Origin: Thermodesulfobacteriota bacterium
GTDB lineage: Bacteria; Desulfobacterota; Desulfobulbia; Desulfobulbales; DAOVYS01
DNA: 47,763 nucleotides
Assembly: GCA_034659175.1 (NCBI GenBank)
Contig: JAYEGR010000027.1
Span: 1 to 47,763 of the forward strand
Direction: 5' to 3'
Part shown: in pieces, positions 45,629-47,763 of the stretch
Position numbering within the stretch: position 1 is the first letter of the stretch
How the letters are laid out: every line of letters starts with the position of its first letter
Translations under genes and position numbers: made by a program
The notes under the pieces: model-generated
What the model was told of the DNA's origin: nothing
The model's input: the letters and a program-made list of their open reading frames with translations, nothing else
Databases searched by the model: none

Positions 45629-47763
45629 ATGTCTAAATCACTGATCATAGTTGAGTCTCCCACCAAAGTCAGGACACTGAAAAAATACTTGGGCGGATCT
45701 TTTAACGTAAAGGCATCCGTCGGCCATATCCGGGACCTGCCGGTGAAAAGTCTGGGGGTTGACGTTGAACACGATTTTGCGCCTGACTATGTAACTATTC
45801 GCGGAAAGGGAAAGATCATCACCGAGTTGAAAAATGCTGCAAAAAGTGCTGACAAGATTTTTCTTGCCCCTGACCCGGACAGGGAGGGTGAGGCTATTGC
45901 CTTTCATATTGCCCACTGTCTCAGTTCCGCCAAGAAACCGGTTTCCAGAGTTCTGTTTCACGAGCTTACGAAAAAGGCGGTTTTGGCGGCCATTGACAAA
46001 TCTACAGAACTGAATCTTTATCTGTTTGAGGCTCAACAGGCCCGCAGAATCCTTGACAGACTCGTAGGCTATCAGATTTCTCCTCTCCTTTGGGAAAAGG
46101 TGCGGAGGGGCCTGAGCGCCGGGCGTGTCCAGTCCGTGGCGGTCAGGATGGTCTGTGAACGTGAACAGGAAATCGAAGCTTTTATAAGTGAAGAATACTG
46201 GACAATAGACACATATCTGAAAGGAATCTTGCCCCCGTCATTCATGGCCCGCCTGGACCGGATTGACGGAAAAAAGAAAAAAGTAGAGAACCAAACAACC
46301 GCAGACAAAATCACGGCTGATCTAAAGCAGGCGGATTTTGTGGTCGAAAAGGTCGAAAAAAAGGAGAAGAAACGCAACCCCGCCCCGCCATTTATTACAA
46401 GCACGCTCCAGATAGATGCAAACAGAAAACTGAGATTTTCCGCCAAAAAGACCATGTTAATCGCCCAAAAACTTTATGAGGGAATTGAACTCGGGACCGA
46501 AGGCCCGGTGGGGCTGATCACATATATGCGTACCGACTCAACCCGAATCAGCGGGGAGGCGCTTTCGGCCGCTCGGACGTACATAAAAAAAACCTTTGGC
46601 CCGGATTATCTTCCACCAAAACCAAGGGTCTTCAAGAGCAAAAAATCGGCCCAGGATGCCCATGAGGCTATCCGGCCTACCGACGTTTTTAACACTCCGG
46701 ACTCGGTAGCCCCTTATCTGGACAGGAACATGCTTTCCCTCTATACGCTCATCTGGAAACGATTTGTTGCAAGTCAGATGAATCCGGCCCTGTTCGACCA
46801 GACGACAATCCTGATCCATGCGGGCGGATACCGTCTCAAGGCCGTTGGCTCGATCATGCGTTTTCTCGGCTTTATGACCCTTTACGTTGAAGCGGCCGAG
46901 GAATCATCTCCCATTGCAGACAAAAAAAGCCATTCCGACAGGGACGTGACGCTTCCCGACGTGAATCAGGGGGACCGGCTGGAGTTACTGGAAATCCTTC
47001 CCAAACAACATTTCACACAGCCTCCCCCGCGATATACAGAGGCGACTTTAGTAAAGGCGCTGGAGGAAAACGGTGTTGGAAGACCAAGCACTTACGCGGC
47101 AATCCTTTCCACCATTCAGGACAAGGAATATGTCATCCTGGCTGAACGTAAATTCAGTCCCACGGATCTGGGCAAACTGGTTAACGAGCTTTTAGTTGAC
47201 AGCTTCCCCGGAATAATAAACGTTGAATTCACGGCATCCATGGAACAAAAACTGGATCAAGTGGAGGAGGGAAAGATTAAGTGGCTGGATGTGCTGACTG
47301 AATTCTACGGTCCTTTTAAGGAAAGGCTGATCCTTGCAAAAGAAAAGATGAAATCCGTAAAACGGGCCGGAGTACCCACGGATATCCCGTGCAGCCTGTG
47401 TGACGGCAAGATGGTGATCAAATGGGGCCGAATGGGCGAATTTCTTGCCTGTGAGAAATACCCGGAATGCAAGCATACCCAGAACTTTAAGAAGTTGGAA
47501 GATGGTAAAATTGTCCCGATTGAAAGGGAAGAGTCTGAAGAAACCGGGGAAGTATGTAAAAAATGCGGCCGGCCCATGGTTTATAAACACGGTCGCTACG
47601 GGAAATTCCAGGCATGCTCCGGTTACCCGGAATGTAAATATATCCCTGTAATCACAACCGGCGTGAAATGTCCACAGGATGGCTGCGACGGTGAAATAGT
47701 GCAGAAAAAATCAAAAAAGGGGAAAATTTTTTACAGTTGCAACCAGTATCCCAAATGTAATTT
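45629..47763 (+). CDS. topA: DNA topoisomerase I (partial; 3' end runs off the window)
   Basis: Not in the track because there is no stop in the window. Translation from ATG 45629 gives MSKSLIIVESPTKVRTLKKYLGGSFNVKASVGHIRDLP (TOPRIM). Later come the active-site region and C-terminal Cys4 zinc ribbons (CSLCDGKM...CEKYPEC, CKKCGRPM...CSGYPEC). Confidence 0.9.
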   Translation, partial: MSKSLIIVESPTKVRTLKKYLGGSFNVKASVGHIRDLPVKSLGVDVEHDFAPDYVTIRGKGKIITELKNAAKSADKIFLAPDPDREGEAIAFHIAHCLSSAKKPVSRVLFHELTKKAVLAAIDKSTELNLYLFEAQQARRILDRLVGYQISPLLWEKVRRGLSAGRVQSVAVRMVCEREQEIEAFISEEYWTIDTYLKGILPPSFMARLDRIDGKKKKVENQTTADKITADLKQADFVVEKVEKKEKKRNPAPPFITSTLQIDANRKLRFSAKKTMLIAQKLYEGIELGTEGPVGLITYMRTDSTRISGEALSAARTYIKKTFGPDYLPPKPRVFKSKKSAQDAHEAIRPTDVFNTPDSVAPYLDRNMLSLYTLIWKRFVASQMNPALFDQTTILIHAGGYRLKAVGSIMRFLGFMTLYVEAAEESSPIADKKSHSDRDVTLPDVNQGDRLELLEILPKQHFTQPPPRYTEATLVKALEENGVGRPSTYAAILSTIQDKEYVILAERKFSPTDLGKLVNELLVDSFPGIINVEFTASMEQKLDQVEEGKIKWLDVLTEFYGPFKERLILAKEKMKSVKRAGVPTDIPCSLCDGKMVIKWGRMGEFLACEKYPECKHTQNFKKLEDGKIVPIEREESEETGEVCKKCGRPMVYKHGRYGKFQACSGYPECKYIPVITTGVKCPQDGCDGEIVQKKSKKGKIFYSCNQYPKCN

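Overview
This is a chromosomal window from what looks like a sulfate-reducer-type Desulfobacterota (Desulfobacterales-like) genome. That assignment is inferred from gene content only. The core genes are pilM-pilN-pilO (pilO is partial at the left edge and absent from the ORF track), lepB, pyrB, pyrC, a radical SAM enzyme, tRNA-Arg(ACG), a PAS hybrid histidine kinase and the conserved ffh-rpsP-KH-rimM-trmD-(SPOUT)-rplS-rnhB-yraN string. They continue with pdxA, tmk, a decahaem cytochrome c/NrfD-like/4x[4Fe-4S] membrane redox module, a P-type cation ATPase, dnaG-rpoD, dprA and topA (partial at the right edge, also absent from the track). Between a DUF401-like membrane protein and ffh lies a ~10 kb accessory stretch (about 14.5-24.8 kb). 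It holds an EEP-family nuclease/phosphatase, a 2.8 kb IS with 18-bp perfect terminal inverted repeats and a 795-aa DDE transposase, hicAB, palindromic repeat clusters, a decayed duplicate of the ffh promoter and 5' half, and an AT-richer cassette. The two cassette ORFs (S1 protease and beta-propeller protein) read as one ~1,320-codon secreted multidomain protease gene, interrupted by a +1 shift at a (CATA)3 tract inside a PPC domain. The window is also dense in at least five unrelated short dispersed repeat/MITE families. One is a modular family with a conserved ~19-nt core, seen in five copies plus a fragment, always just outside core genes. One MITE has an 8-bp target duplication in the ffh leader. 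A perfect 47-bp palindrome sits in frame inside the ATPase gene. No CRISPR array, rRNA or recognisable defence operon other than hicAB was seen. All homology statements come from motif recognition by eye, not from database searches.
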